This document shows, one piece after another, positions 25,051-37,367 of a stretch of DNA of 64,000 bases (position 1 is its first letter; each line of letters begins with the position of its first letter). The translations under genes were made by a program, and so were the position numbers. Location: NCBI RefSeq assembly GCF_030684315.1, contig NC_081398.1:4568385-4632384 (forward strand). The letters are read 5' to 3'. Source of the DNA: Stegostoma tigrinum. Lineage: Eukaryota. Under the pieces are notes generated by a model that worked only from the letters and a program-made list of their open reading frames with translations, searched no databases and was not told the DNA's origin.

Positions 25051-26149
25051 CTGAGTCGGGGAGAGTGAAACAGAGTTAGAGGACACGTTGGAGAAAAAGA
25101 GAGAGATAGAGCGGGAGAGAGAAAGAGGGAGGGAGGGGGAAAACGAGAACAGGAGCAGGAGCGGACACCAAACTCCTGCCTGTGGCTCCTATCCTTTAAT
25201 CCCTTTTGTTTAACAAAAACCTATCGATCTGAGAGTTAAAATCAACAACTGACTCAACGTCCACGCTGGACGAGCGTTCCGAACCTCCCTCACCCTGTGT
25301 GTGTTGAAGTGCTTCCTAACATCTCTCTCCTGGGCACACTGGCTCCAATTCTCAGACTGGGCCCCTGGGTTATAGAAAGCCCACACGCTGAGAATGGTTT
25401 ATCTTCAACTACTCTGGCACTTCCTGTTCATATCCTGAAGACATCGACCAGATTGACCTCATCCCCCCCGGCTCCTTTAACTTTCGGAATTCTAGAGAAA
25501 ACAGGCCTAATTTGTGTAATCGCTCCTCGTAACTTAACCCCTGGTATCATTCTCGTAAACCCAAACCGAACTCCTTCCAAGGATTATTTCGGAGGTTACT
25601 CTCAGTTTAATTTGCATGTTATTTTGGTGTGGGGCGGGAATAATCTAGGTTTAATTTGAGAGTCATTAGGAAATTATTCCTGGTTTATTTTGGGGGTTAG
25701 AACTTTGAACGGTGTTGCATGGGGATGGGCCCTTCGTCATCTCTGCCTCCACCACCATCACTGACAGTGCGTTCCAGACTCCTGCCACTCTCTGTGTAAA
25801 AAATCTTGCCCCTCACATCTCCTTTGGATTTTTCCCTCCCAAATCATTTTAAATGCATGCCCGTTAGCATTAAACATTTCAGCTCTGGGTAAAGATTCTG
25901 ACCATCAAACATCTGACCATACGCATCTCCAAATTTTAATCGACTTCTACCAAGTATACCCCCGGCCTCCTCCACTCCACAGACGACAATCCGAGTTTCT
26001 CCAGCCCCTCCTTGTAGCTCATACCCGCCAACTCTTCACTCGCTCCAGATCTCCACATCCTTCCTGTATTGTGGTGACCAGAACTGAACACATTTTGGAA
26101 GTTAATCTTAGTTAAATTTAGGAGTTATTTTGGGAGTTAATCTTTTGTC

Positions 26150-29100
26150 CGATTTGGCAGTTAACCCTGGTTTATTTGTGGGGTTAATCCTGGTTTATTT
26201 GGGGATTAATCCTGGTTTATTTGGGGGGTGTATTTCCTGGTTTATTTGGGGATTAATCCTGGTTTATTTGGGGGGTGTATTTCCTGGTTTATTTGGGGGG
26301 TTAATCCTGGTTTATTTGGGGGGGTTAATCCTGGTTTATTTGGGGGGTGTATTTCCTGGTTTATTTGGGGGTTAATCCTGGTTTATTTGGGGGGTGTATT
26401 TCCTGGTTTATTTGGGGGGTTAATCCTGGTTTATTTGGGGGTTAATCCTGGTTTATTTGGGGGGTGTATTTCCTGGTTTATTTGGGGGTTAATCCTGGTT
26501 TATTTGGGGGGTGTATTTCCTGGTTTATTTGGGGGTTAACCCTGGTTTATTTGGGGGTTAATTCTGGTTTATTTGGGGATTAATCCTGGTTTATTTGGGG
26601 GGTGTATTTCCAGGTTTATTTGGGGATTAATCCTGGTTTATTTGGGGGTTAATCCTGGTTTATTTGGGGATTAATCCTGGTTTATTTGGGGGGTGTATTT
26701 CCTGGTTTATTTGGGGGGTTAACCCTGGTTTATTTGGGGGTTAATCCTGGTTTATTTGGGGATTAATCCTGGTTTATTTGGGGGGTTAACCCTGGTTTAT
26801 TTGGGGGTTAATCCTGGTTTATTTGGGGGGTTAATCCTGGTTTATTTGGGGATTAATCCTGGTTTATTTGGGGGTTAATCCTGGTTTATTTGGGGGGTTA
26901 ATCCTGGTTTATTTGGGGGTTAATCCTGGTTTATTTGGGGATTAATCCTGGTTTATTTGGGGATTAATCCTGGTTTATTTGGGGATTAATCCTGGTTTAT
27001 TTGGGGGGTGTATTTCCTGGTTTATTTGGGGGGTTAACCCTGGTTTATTTGGGGGTTAATCCTGGTTTATTTGGGGATTAATCCTGGTTTATTTGGGGGG
27101 TTAACCCTGGTTTATTTGGGGGTTAATCCTGGTTTATTTGGGGGGTTAATCCTGGTTTATTTGGGGATTAATCCTGGTTTATTTGGGGGTTAATCCTGGT
27201 TTATTTGGGGGGTTAATCCTGGTTTATTTGGGGATTAATCCTGGTTTATTTGGGGGGTGTATTTCCTGGTTTATTTGGGGGGTTAACCCTGGTTTATTTG
27301 GGGGTTAATCCTGGTTTATTTGGGGATTAATCCTGGTTTATTTGGGGGGTTAACCCTGGTTTATTTGGGGGTTAATCCTGGTTTATTTGGGGGGTTAATC
27401 CTGGTTTATTTGGGGATTAATCCTGGTTTATTTGGGGGTTAATCCTGGTTTATTTGGGGGGTTAATCCTGGTTTATTTGGGGGTTAATGCTGGTTTATTT
27501 GGGGATTAATCCTGGTTTATTTGGGGGTTAATCCTGGTTTATTTGGGGGTTTATCCTGGTTTATTTGGGGGGTTAATCCTGGTTTATTTGGGGGTTTATC
27601 CTGGTTTATTTGGGGGGTTAACCCTGGTTTATTTGGGGGTTAATCCTGGTTTATTTGGGGATTAATCCTGGTTTATTTGGGGATTAATCCTGGTTTATTT
27701 GGGGGGTGTATTTCCTGGTTTATTTGGGGGGTTAACCCTGGTTTATTTGGGGGTTAATCCTGGTTTATTTGGGGATTAATCCTGGTTTATTTGGGGGGTT
27801 AACCCTGGTTTATTTGGGGGTTAATCCTGGTTTATTTGGGGGGTTAATCCTGGTTTATTTGGGGATTAATCCTGGTTTATTTGGGGGTTAATCCTGGTTT
27901 ATTTGGGGGGTTAATCCTGGTTTATTTGGGGATTAATCCTGGTTTATTTGGGGGTTAATCCTGGTTTATTTGGGGATTAATCCTGGTTTATTTGGGGGGT
28001 GTATTTCCTGGTTTATTTGGGGGGTTAACCCTGGTTTATTTGGGGGTTAATCCTGGTTTATTTGGGGATTAATCCTGGTTTATTTGGGGGGTTAATCCTG
28101 GTTTATTTGGGGATTAATCCTGGTTTATTTGGGGGTTAATCCTGGTTTATTTGGGGGGTTAATCCTGGTTTATTTGGGGATTAATCCTGGTTTATTTGGG
28201 GGTTAATCCTGGTTTATTTGGGGATTAATCCTGGTTTATTTGGGGGGTGTATTTCCTGGTTTATTTGGGGGGTTAACCCTGGTTTATTTGGGGGTTAATC
28301 CTGGTTTATTTGGGGATTAATCCTGGTTTATTTGGGGGGTTAACCCTGGTTTATTTGGGGGTTAATCCTGGTTTATTTGGGGGGTTAATCCTGGTTTATT
28401 TGGGGATTAATCCTGGTTTATTTGGGGGTTAATCCTGGTTTATTTGGGGGTTAATCCTGGTTTATTTGGGGATTAATCCTGGTTTATTTGGGGGTTAATC
28501 CTGGTTTATTTGGGGGTTTATCCTGGTTTATTTGGGGGGTTAATCCTGGTTTATTTGGGGGTTTATCCTGGTTTATTTGGGGGTTAATCCTGGTTTATTT
28601 GGGGATTAATCCTGGTTTATTTGGGGGGTGTATTTCCTGGTTTATTTGGGGGGTTAACCCTGGTTTATTTGGGGGTTAATCCTGGTTTATTTGGGGATTA
28701 ATCCTGGTTTATTTGGGGGGTTAACCCTGGTTTATTTGGGGGTTAATCCTGGTTTATTTGGGGGGTTAATCCTGGTTTATTTGGGGATTAATCCTGGTTT
28801 ATTTGGGGGTTAATCCTGGTTTATTTGGGGATTAATCCTGGTTTATTTGGGGGGTGTATTTCCTGGTTTATTTGGGGGGTTAACCCTGGTTTATTTGGGG
28901 GTTAATCCTGGTTTATTTGGGGATTAATCCTGGTTTATTTGGGGGGTTAACCCTGGTTTATTTGGGGGTTAATCCTGGTTTATTTGGGGGGTTAATCCTG
29001 GTTTATTTGGGGATTAATCCTGGTTTATTTGGGGGTTAATCCTGGTTTATTTGGGGGGTTAATCCTGGTTTATTTGGGGGTTAATCCTGGTTTATTTGGG

Positions 29101-32100
29101 GGGTTAATCCTGGTTTATTTGGGGGTTTATCCTGGTTTATTTGGGGGTTAATCCTGGTTTATTTGGGGATTAATCCTGGTTTATTTGGGGGGTGTATTTC
29201 CTGGTTTATTTGGGGGGTTAACCCTGGTTTATTTGGGGGTTAATCCTGGTTTATTTGGGGATTAATCCTGGTTTATTTGGGGGGTTAACCCTGGTTTATT
29301 TGGGGGTTAATCCTGGTTTATTTGGGGGGTTAATCCTGGTTTATTTGGGGATTAATCCTGGTTTATTTGGGGATTAATCCTGGTTTATTTGGGGGGTGTA
29401 TTTCCTGGTTTATTTGGGGGGTTAACCCTGGTTTATTTGGGGGTTAATCCTGGTTTATTTGGGGATTAATCCTGGTTTATTTGGGGGGTTAACCCTGGTT
29501 TATTTGGGGGGTTAACCCTGGTTTATTTGGGGGTTAATCCTGGTTTATTTGGGGGGTTAATCCTGGTTTATTTGGGGATTAATCCTGGTTTATTTGGGGG
29601 TTAATCCTGGTTTATTTGGGGGGTTAATCCTGGTTTATTTGGGGATTAATCCTGGTTTATTTGGGGGTTAATCCTGGTTTATTTGGGGATTAATCCTGGT
29701 TTATTTGGGGGGTGTATTTCCTGGTTTATTTGGGGGGTTAACCCTGGTTTATTTGGGGATTAATCCTGGTTTATTTGGGGGGTTAATCCTGGTTTATTTG
29801 GGGATTAATCCTGGTTTATTTGGGGGTTAATCCTGGTTTATTTGGGGGGTTAATCCTGGTTTATTTGGGGATTAATCCTGGTTTATTGGGGGGTTAATCC
29901 TGGTTTATTTGGGGATTAATCCTGGTTTATTTGGGGGGTGTATTTCCTGGTTTATTTGGGGGGTTAACCCTGGTTTATTTGGGGGTTAATCCTGGTTTAT
30001 TTGGGGATTAATCCTGGTTTATTTGGGGGGTTAACCCTGGTTTATTTGGGGGTTAATCCTGGTTTATTTGGGGGGTTAATCCTGGTTTATTTGGGGATTA
30101 ATCCTGGTTTATTTGGGGGTTAATCCTGGTTTATTTGGGGGGTTAATCCTGGTTTATTTGGGGGTTAATCCTGGTTTATTTGGGGATTAATCCTGGTTTA
30201 TTTGGGGGTTAATCCTGGTTTATTTGGGGGTTTATCCTGGTTTATTTGGGGGGTTAATCCTGGTTTATTTGGGGGTTTATCCTGGTTTATTTGGGGGTTA
30301 ATCCTGGTTTATTTGGGGGTTAATCCTGGTTTATTTGGGGGGTGTATTTCCTGGTTTATTTGGGGGGTTAACCCTGGTTTATTTGGGGGTTAATCCTGGT
30401 TTATTTGGGGATTAATCCTGGTTTATTTGGGGGGTTAACCCTGGTTTATTTGGGGGTTAATCCTGGTTTATTTGGGGGGTTAATCCTGGTTTATTTGGGG
30501 ATTAATCCTGGTTTATTTGGGGGTTAATCCTGGTTTATTTGCGGATTAATCCTGGTTTATTTGGGGGGTGTATTTCCTGGTTTATTTGGGGGGTTAACCC
30601 TGGTTTATTTGGGGGTTAATCCTGGTTTATTTGGGGATTAATCCTGGTTTATTTGGGGGGTTAACCCTGGTTTATTTGGGGGGTTAACCCTGGTTTATTT
30701 GGGGGGTTAATCCTGGTTTATTTGGGGATTAATCCTGGTTTATTTGGGGGGTTAATCCTGGTTTATTTGGGGGTTAATCCTGGTTTATTTGGGGGGTTAA
30801 TCCTGGTTTATTTGGGGGTTTATCCTGGTTTATTTGGGGGTTAATCCTCGTTTATTTGGGGATTAATCCTGGTTTATTTGGGGGGTGTATTTCCTGGTTT
30901 ATTTGGGGGGTTAACCCTGGTTTATTTGGGGGTTAATCCTGGTTTATTTGGGGATTAATCCTGGTTTATTTGGGGGGTTAACCCTGGTTTATTTGGGGGT
31001 TAATCCTGGTTTATTTGGGGGGTTAATCCTGGTTTATTTGGGGATTAATCCTGGTTTATTTGGGGATTAATCCTGGTTTATTTGGGGGGTGTATTTCCTG
31101 GTTTATTTGGGGGGTTAACCCTGGTTTATTTGGGGGTTAATCCTGGTTTATTTGGGGATTAATCCTGGTTTATTTGGGGGGTTAACCCTGGTTTATTTGG
31201 GGGGTTAACCCTGGTTTATTTGGGGGTTAATCCTGGTTTATTTGGGGGGTTAATCCTGGTTTATTTGGGGATTAATCCTGGTTTATTTGGGGGTTAATCC
31301 TGGTTTATTTGGGGGGTTAATCCTGGTTTATTTGGGGATTAATCCTGGTTTATTTGGGGGTTAATCCTGGTTTATTTGGGGATTAATCCTGGTTTATTTG
31401 GGGGGTGTATTTCCTGGTTTATTTGGGGGGTTAACCCTGGTTTATTTGGGGGTTAATCCTGGTTTATTTGGGGATTAATCCTGGTTTATTTGGGGGGTTA
31501 ATCCTGGTTTATTTGGGGATTAATCCTGGTTTATTTGGGGGTTAATCCTGGTTTATTTGGGGGGTTAATCCTGGTTTATTTGGGGATTAATCCTGGTTTA
31601 TTTGGGGGTTAATCCTGGTTTATTTGGGGATTAATCCTGGTTTATTTGGGGGGTGTATTTCCTGGTTTATTTGGGGGGTTAACCCTGGTTTATTTGGGGG
31701 TTAATCCTGGTTTATTTGGGGATTAATCCTGGTTTATTTGGGGGGTTAACCCTGGTTTATTTGGGGGTTAATCCTGGTTTATTTGGGGGTTAATCCTGGT
31801 TTATTTGGGGATTAATCCTGGTTTATTTGGGGGTTAATCCTGGTTTATTTGGGGGTTTATCCTGGTTTATTTGGGGATTAATCCTGGTTTATTTGGGGGT
31901 TAATCCTGGTTTATTTGGGGGGTTAATCCTGGTTTATTTGGGGATTAATCCTGGTTTATTTGGGGGTTAATCCTGGTTTATTTGGGGATTAATCCTGGTT
32001 TATTTGGGGGGTGTATTTCCTGGTTTATTTGGGGGGTTAACCCTGGTTTATTTGGGGGTTAATCCTGGTTTATTTGGGGATTAATCCTGGTTTATTTGGG

Positions 32101-34500
32101 GGGTTAACCCTGGTTTATTTGGGGGTTAATCCTGGTTTATTTGGGGGTTAATCCTGGTTTATTTGGGGATTAATCCTGGTTTATTTGGGGGTTAATCCTG
32201 GTTTATTTGGGGGTTTATCCTGGTTTATTTGGGTGGTTAATCCTGGTTTATTTGGGGGTTTATCCTGGTTTATTTGGGGGTTAATCCTGGTTTATTTGGG
32301 GATTAATCCTGGTTTATTTGGGGGGTGTATTTCCTGGTTTATTTGGGGGGTTAACCCTGGTTTATTTGGGGGTTAATCCTGGTTTATTTGGGGATTAATC
32401 CTGGTTTATTTGGGGGGTTAACCCTGGTTTATTTGGGGGTTAATCCTGGTTTATTTGGGGGGTTAATCCTGGTTTATTTGGGGATTAATCCTGGTTTATT
32501 TGGGGGTTAATCCTGGTTTATTTGGGGATTAATCCTGGTTTATTTGGGGGGTGTATTTCCTGGTTTATTTGGGGGGTTAACCCTGGTTTATTTGGGGGTT
32601 AATCCTGGTTTATTTGGGGATTAATCCTGGTTTATTTGGGGGGTTAACCCTGGTTTATTTGGGGGTTAATCCTGGTTTATTTGGGGGGTTAATCCTGGTT
32701 TATTTGGGGATTAATCCTGGTTTATTTGGGGGTTAATCCTGGTTTATTTGGGGGGTTAATCCTGGTTTATTTGGGGGTTAATCCTGGTTTATTTGGGGGG
32801 TTAATCCTGGTTTATTTGGGGGTTTATCCTGGTTTATTTGGGGGTTAATCCTGGTTTATTTGGGGATTAATCCTGGTTTATTTGGGGGGTGTATTTCCTG
32901 GTTTATTTGGGGGGTTAACCCTGGTTTATTTGGGGGTTAATCCTGGTTTATTTGGGGATTAATCCTGGTTTATTTGGGGGGTTAACCCTGGTTTATTTGG
33001 GGGTTAATCCTGGTTTATTTGGGGGGTTAATCCTGGTTTATTTGGGGATTAATCCTGGTTTATTTGGGGGTTAATCCTGGTTTATTTGGGGGTTAATCCT
33101 GGTTTATTTGGGGATTAATCCTGGTTTATTTGGGGGTTAATCCTGGTTTATTTGGGGATTAATCCTGGTTTATTTGGGGATTAATCCTGGTTTATTTGGG
33201 GGGTGTATTTCCTGGTTTATTTGGGGGGTTAACCCTGGTTTATTTGGGGGTTAATCCTGGTTTATTTGGGGATTAATCCTGGTTTATTTGGGGATTAATC
33301 CTGGTTTATTTGGGGGGTTAACCCTGGTTTATTTGGGGGTTAATCCTGGTTTATTTGGGGGGTTAATCCTGGTTTATTTGGGGATTAATCCTGGTTTATT
33401 TGGGGGTTAATCCTGGTTTATTTGGGGGTTAATCCTGGTTTATTTGGGGGTTAATCCTGGTTTATTTGGGGATTAATCCTGGTTTATTTGGGGGGTGTAT
33501 TTCCTGGTTTATTTGGGGGGTTAACCCTGGTTTATTTGGGGGTTAATCCTGGTTTATTTGGGGATTAATCCTGGTTTATTTGGGGGGTTAACCCTGGTTT
33601 ATTTGGGGGTTAATCCTGGTTTATTTGGGGGGTTAATCCTGGTTTATTTGGGGATTAATCCTGGTTTATTTGGGGGTTAATCCTGGTTTATTTGGGGATT
33701 AATCCTGGTTTATTTGGGGGTTAATCCTGGTTTATTTGGGGATTAATCCTGGTTTATTTGGGGGTTTATCCTGGTTTATTTGGGGGGTTAATCCTGGTTT
33801 ATTTGGGGATTAATCCTGGTTTATTTGGGGGTTTATCCTGGTTTATTTGGGGGGTTAATCCTGGTTCATTTGGGGATTAATCCTGGTTTATTTGGGGGTT
33901 AATCCTGGTTTATTTGGGGATTAATCCTGGTTTATTTGGGGGTTAATCCTGGTTTATTTGGGGATTAATCCTGGTTTATTTGGGGGGTGTATTTCCTGGT
34001 TTATTTGGGGGGTTAACCCTGGTTTATTTGGGGGTTAATCCTGGTTTATTTGGGGATTAATCCTGGTTTATTTGGGGGGTTAACCCTGGTTTATTTGGGG
34101 GTTAATCCTGGTTTATTTGGGGGGTTAATCCTGGTTTATTTGGGGATTAATCCTGGTTTATTTGGGGGTTAATCCTGGTTTATTTGGGGATTAATCCTGG
34201 TTTATTTGGGGGTTAATCCTGGTTTATTTGGGGATTAATCCTGGTTTATTTGGGGGTTTATCCTGGTTTATTTGGGGGGTTAATCCTGGTTTATTTGGGG
34301 ATTAATCCTGGTTTATTTGGGGGTTTATCCTGGTTTATTTGGGGGGTTAATCCTGGTTTATTTGGGGATTAATCCTGGTTTATTTGGGGGTTTATCCTGG
34401 TTTATTTGGGGGTTTATCCTGGTTTATTTGGGGATTAATCCTGGTTTATTTGGGGGTTAATCCTGGTTTATTTGGGGGTTAATCCTGGTTTATTTGGGGG
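26150..34500 (+). repeat. 8.3-kb tandem array of a 22-25-bp unit (TTAATCCTGGTTTATTTGGGGG) with higher-order structure
   Basis: Directly visible; variants G5, G6, G4A, TTAACC, TTTATC and TGTATTTCC recur in ordered blocks. Confidence 0.98.
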
Positions 34501-34539
34501 TGTGTTTCCTGAAGCCAAGGACATGGCCTGACCCCTGAC

Positions 34540-34730
34540 CCCTGACCCTGCACTGACCTGAAGCCCCCAAACCGCCGCCGCCGCCGCCTCCGGCCGCTCC
34601 AAGATGGCGCCGCGAATTCCCAACCGACCGCCTCACGCAGCCCGCGAGTGAGCGCCGACGAACCACGAAATAAACACCCGCCCTTTTAACAGTCGGGTTG
34701 CAGCGCCCTCCCGCTGTCCAATCACTCATG
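34540..34730 (-). promoter_or_regulatory. CpG-rich promoter and non-coding first exon, probably MBLAC1
   Basis: (CCG)n tract; YY1-type AAGATGGCGC at 34611; CCAAT at ~34718; minus-strand donor CAG|GTCAGT with exon ending at 34558. Confidence 0.65.
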
Positions 34731-34949
34731 GTCCAAAACCTCAGGATCTTTGGCTCAAGTTGTTGTTTGATTAAAACATTTGCATTTGTCCGTCACAGAT
34801 TGATTTAACAAGAGAAAAGCAGCCTCACAGAGGAGCTAGTGGGACGAAAATCTAATAGTGAGGCCCCATAAGGAATGGGGATGGGGATTGGGGAAGATCC
34901 CATAGAAATCTGTAAAATCCTGCAGGACCAGACAGATTAAACACTGCAA

Positions 34950-35170
34950 GAGACAGACACAAAAGTCGCTGGAAAAGCTCAGCAGGTCTGGCACCATCTG
35001 CGGAGAGAAATCAGAGTTAACACTTCATATCGAGTGACCCTTCCTGAGAACTGACCCGAAATGTTAACCCTGATTTCTCTCCGCAGATGGTGCCAGACCT
35101 GCTGAGCTTTTCCAGTGACTTATGTTTCTTTCTCTGATTTGCAGCATCTGCAAGTCCTTTCGGTTTTTAT
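34950..35170. mobile_element. Fold-back element of a second PLE subfamily
   Basis: ~60-bp near-perfect inverted arms (GCTGGAAAAGCTCAGCAGGTCTGGCACCATCTGCGGAGAGAAATCAG and its reverse complement). Confidence 0.75.
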
Positions 35171-35384
35171 TTTGTAGCGACAGGAATGGTGCGGGGGCTC
35201 AGAACCAGCAGGTCTTGGTCTAAGGATGCTGGGTAGGTCTGAAAATGAGAGGATATGTCCTCAAGCAACAGTGTAGAATTCTGGGCTGTAGGGAGCTGGG
35301 TTCAAATTTGGCCACATCAGATGGTGGAATTTGAATTCAACAGAAATCTGGAATTAACAGTCTAATGTTAGTGCGTGAACTTCT

Positions 35385-35918
35385 GTTCTCCCTGCTGTAG
35401 GAAGGATGTTGAGAGACTTGAAAGGGTTCAGAAGAGATTTACGAGGATGTAGCCGGGGTTGGAGGGTTTGAGCTACAGGGAGAGGCTGAATAGCCTGGGG
35501 CTATTTTCCCTGGAGCGTCAGACAGAGGGGTGACCTTATAGAGGTTTATAAAATCATGGGGGACATGGATAGGGTGAATAGACAAGGTCTTTTCCCCAGG
35601 GTGGGGGACTCCAAAACGAGAGGAGCACGGGTTTGAGGTGAGAGGGGAAAGATTTAAAAGGAAACTAAGCGGCAACTTTTTCACACAGAGGGTGGTGTGT
35701 GTATGGAATGAGCTGCCAGAGGAAGGGGTGGAGGCTGGTACAGTTACAGCATTTAAAAGGCATCTGGATGGGGACATGGATAGGAAGGGTTTAGAGGGAT
35801 AGTTGCCAAATGCTGGCAAATGGCACAAGATTTATCTAGGATATCTAGTCAGCATGGACAAGTTGGACCGAAGGGTCTGTCTCTGTGTTGTAAATCTCTA
35901 TGAGTCTATGACTCTATG
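35385..35918 (+). mobile_element. CR1 LINE 3' fragment inserted into a DeuSINE (35290-36115)
   Basis: ERVQKRFTRM/GDLIEVYKIM-type sequence with a CTATGA-repeat tail; SINE halves on both sides. Confidence 0.85.
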
Positions 35919-37020
35919 AACCCATTGTTGATTGCCAGAAATACCCATCTGGTGCAGTAATGTCCTTTAGGGAAGGAAACTGCCACCTTCACATGGCCTG
36001 GCCTACATGTGACTCCAGACCCAATGTGGATTGACCCGTAACAGCTCTCTGGGCGATTAGGGATGGGCAATAAATGCTGGCTTGCCCAGGGACTTCCCCA
36101 TCCCGTGAACGAATAAAACAACATCTCTGCCACCGAAATCAGTCGAGGCCCAAACTCTGAATGTTTTCAAGGAGGAGTTAGACACAGCTCTTAGGACTAA
36201 AGCATTCAAAAGGTGATAGGGTGAACAATAGACTGAGTTGGATGATCATGTCTTGGCGCAGTAGTAATGTCCCTATCTCTGGACCAGTAGGCTTGGGTTT
36301 GATTGCTGCTCCAAGGGTGTGTCAGAACACATTTGAGCAGATTGAAAGAAAAAAACGTTAAAAATGATGTTGTTACTTATGTACATATACACACATAAAC
36401 AGTGTGACAATACTATGGCTTTGACAGGTGTATTTTATCCCGGTTTTGATTTTGAAGAGAGGTTTTAAGACAGAGATATCGAGCTGTATATTTGAATCCA
36501 ATACAGTAAACAGCTTGTGAGGCCTTTGTTTTATTTAATGTTGTAACAATAGAAGCAGCCTGGCCGAGTGGGGTCAAGCTCTCACAGAACCAGGATGTTT
36601 AGTTTTAGTGATTCAGTAGCAGTTGAAGCTGGAGTCTTGAAGCTGCAGTCCATCTCTCCCTGCTACTCTCTCTCTTTTGCAGAGATTTCTCTCATAGGTT
36701 TTCTTCCTGGACTGGAGAACTGCACATGAAACAATCTAATTTTACTAAATTTGCCTTTGCCAAGGGTGATTTACAGGATGTTACTATAATGGAGCAGCTA
36801 CAGTTTCGTAGTTAAATAATCAAATATTCTGTTAAGTTTTCCAACAGTGTTATGTTATTCCAATTTCTTCTGATTTTTGCTGTATTTTAACTATGAATGA
36901 AGTGCATTTTGCTTAATATTGAGTAGTTTGACCAATTGAATTTGACTAAAATGTTACACTTACCTTTAAAATAGGAAAAAGTTAGGGTCTGGACTGAACT
37001 CTGAATGCATTTTGAGGGGA

Positions 37021-37367
37021 CAACAAAATGTAGAGCTGAATGAACACAGCAGGCCAAGCAGCATTTTAGGAGCACAAAGTTGATGTTTCAGACCTAGACC
37101 CTTCATCAGAAAAAGGGGATGGGGAGAGGGTTCTGAAATAAATGGGGAGCGAGGGGGAGGCAGATCGAAGATGGATAGACGAGAAGATAGGCCTCTCCCT
37201 ATTCATTTCAGAACCTTTTCTCCATCCCCCTCTCTGATGACGGGTCTAGGCCCGAAACGTCAGCTTTTGTGCTCCTGAGATGCTGCTGGGCCTGCTGTGT
37301 TCATCCAGCCTCACACTTTACTATCTCGGATTCTCCAGCATCTGCAGTTCCCGTTATCCCTGATACA
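37021..37367. mobile_element. Mini fold-back PLE derivative with a 12-bp TSD
   Basis: ATTTTGAGGGGA at 37009-20 and 37368-79. Confidence 0.85.
37234..37261 (+). ncRNA. Minimal hammerhead motif in a mini-PLE
   Basis: CTGATGAcgggtctaggcccGAAACGTC. Confidence 0.65.
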
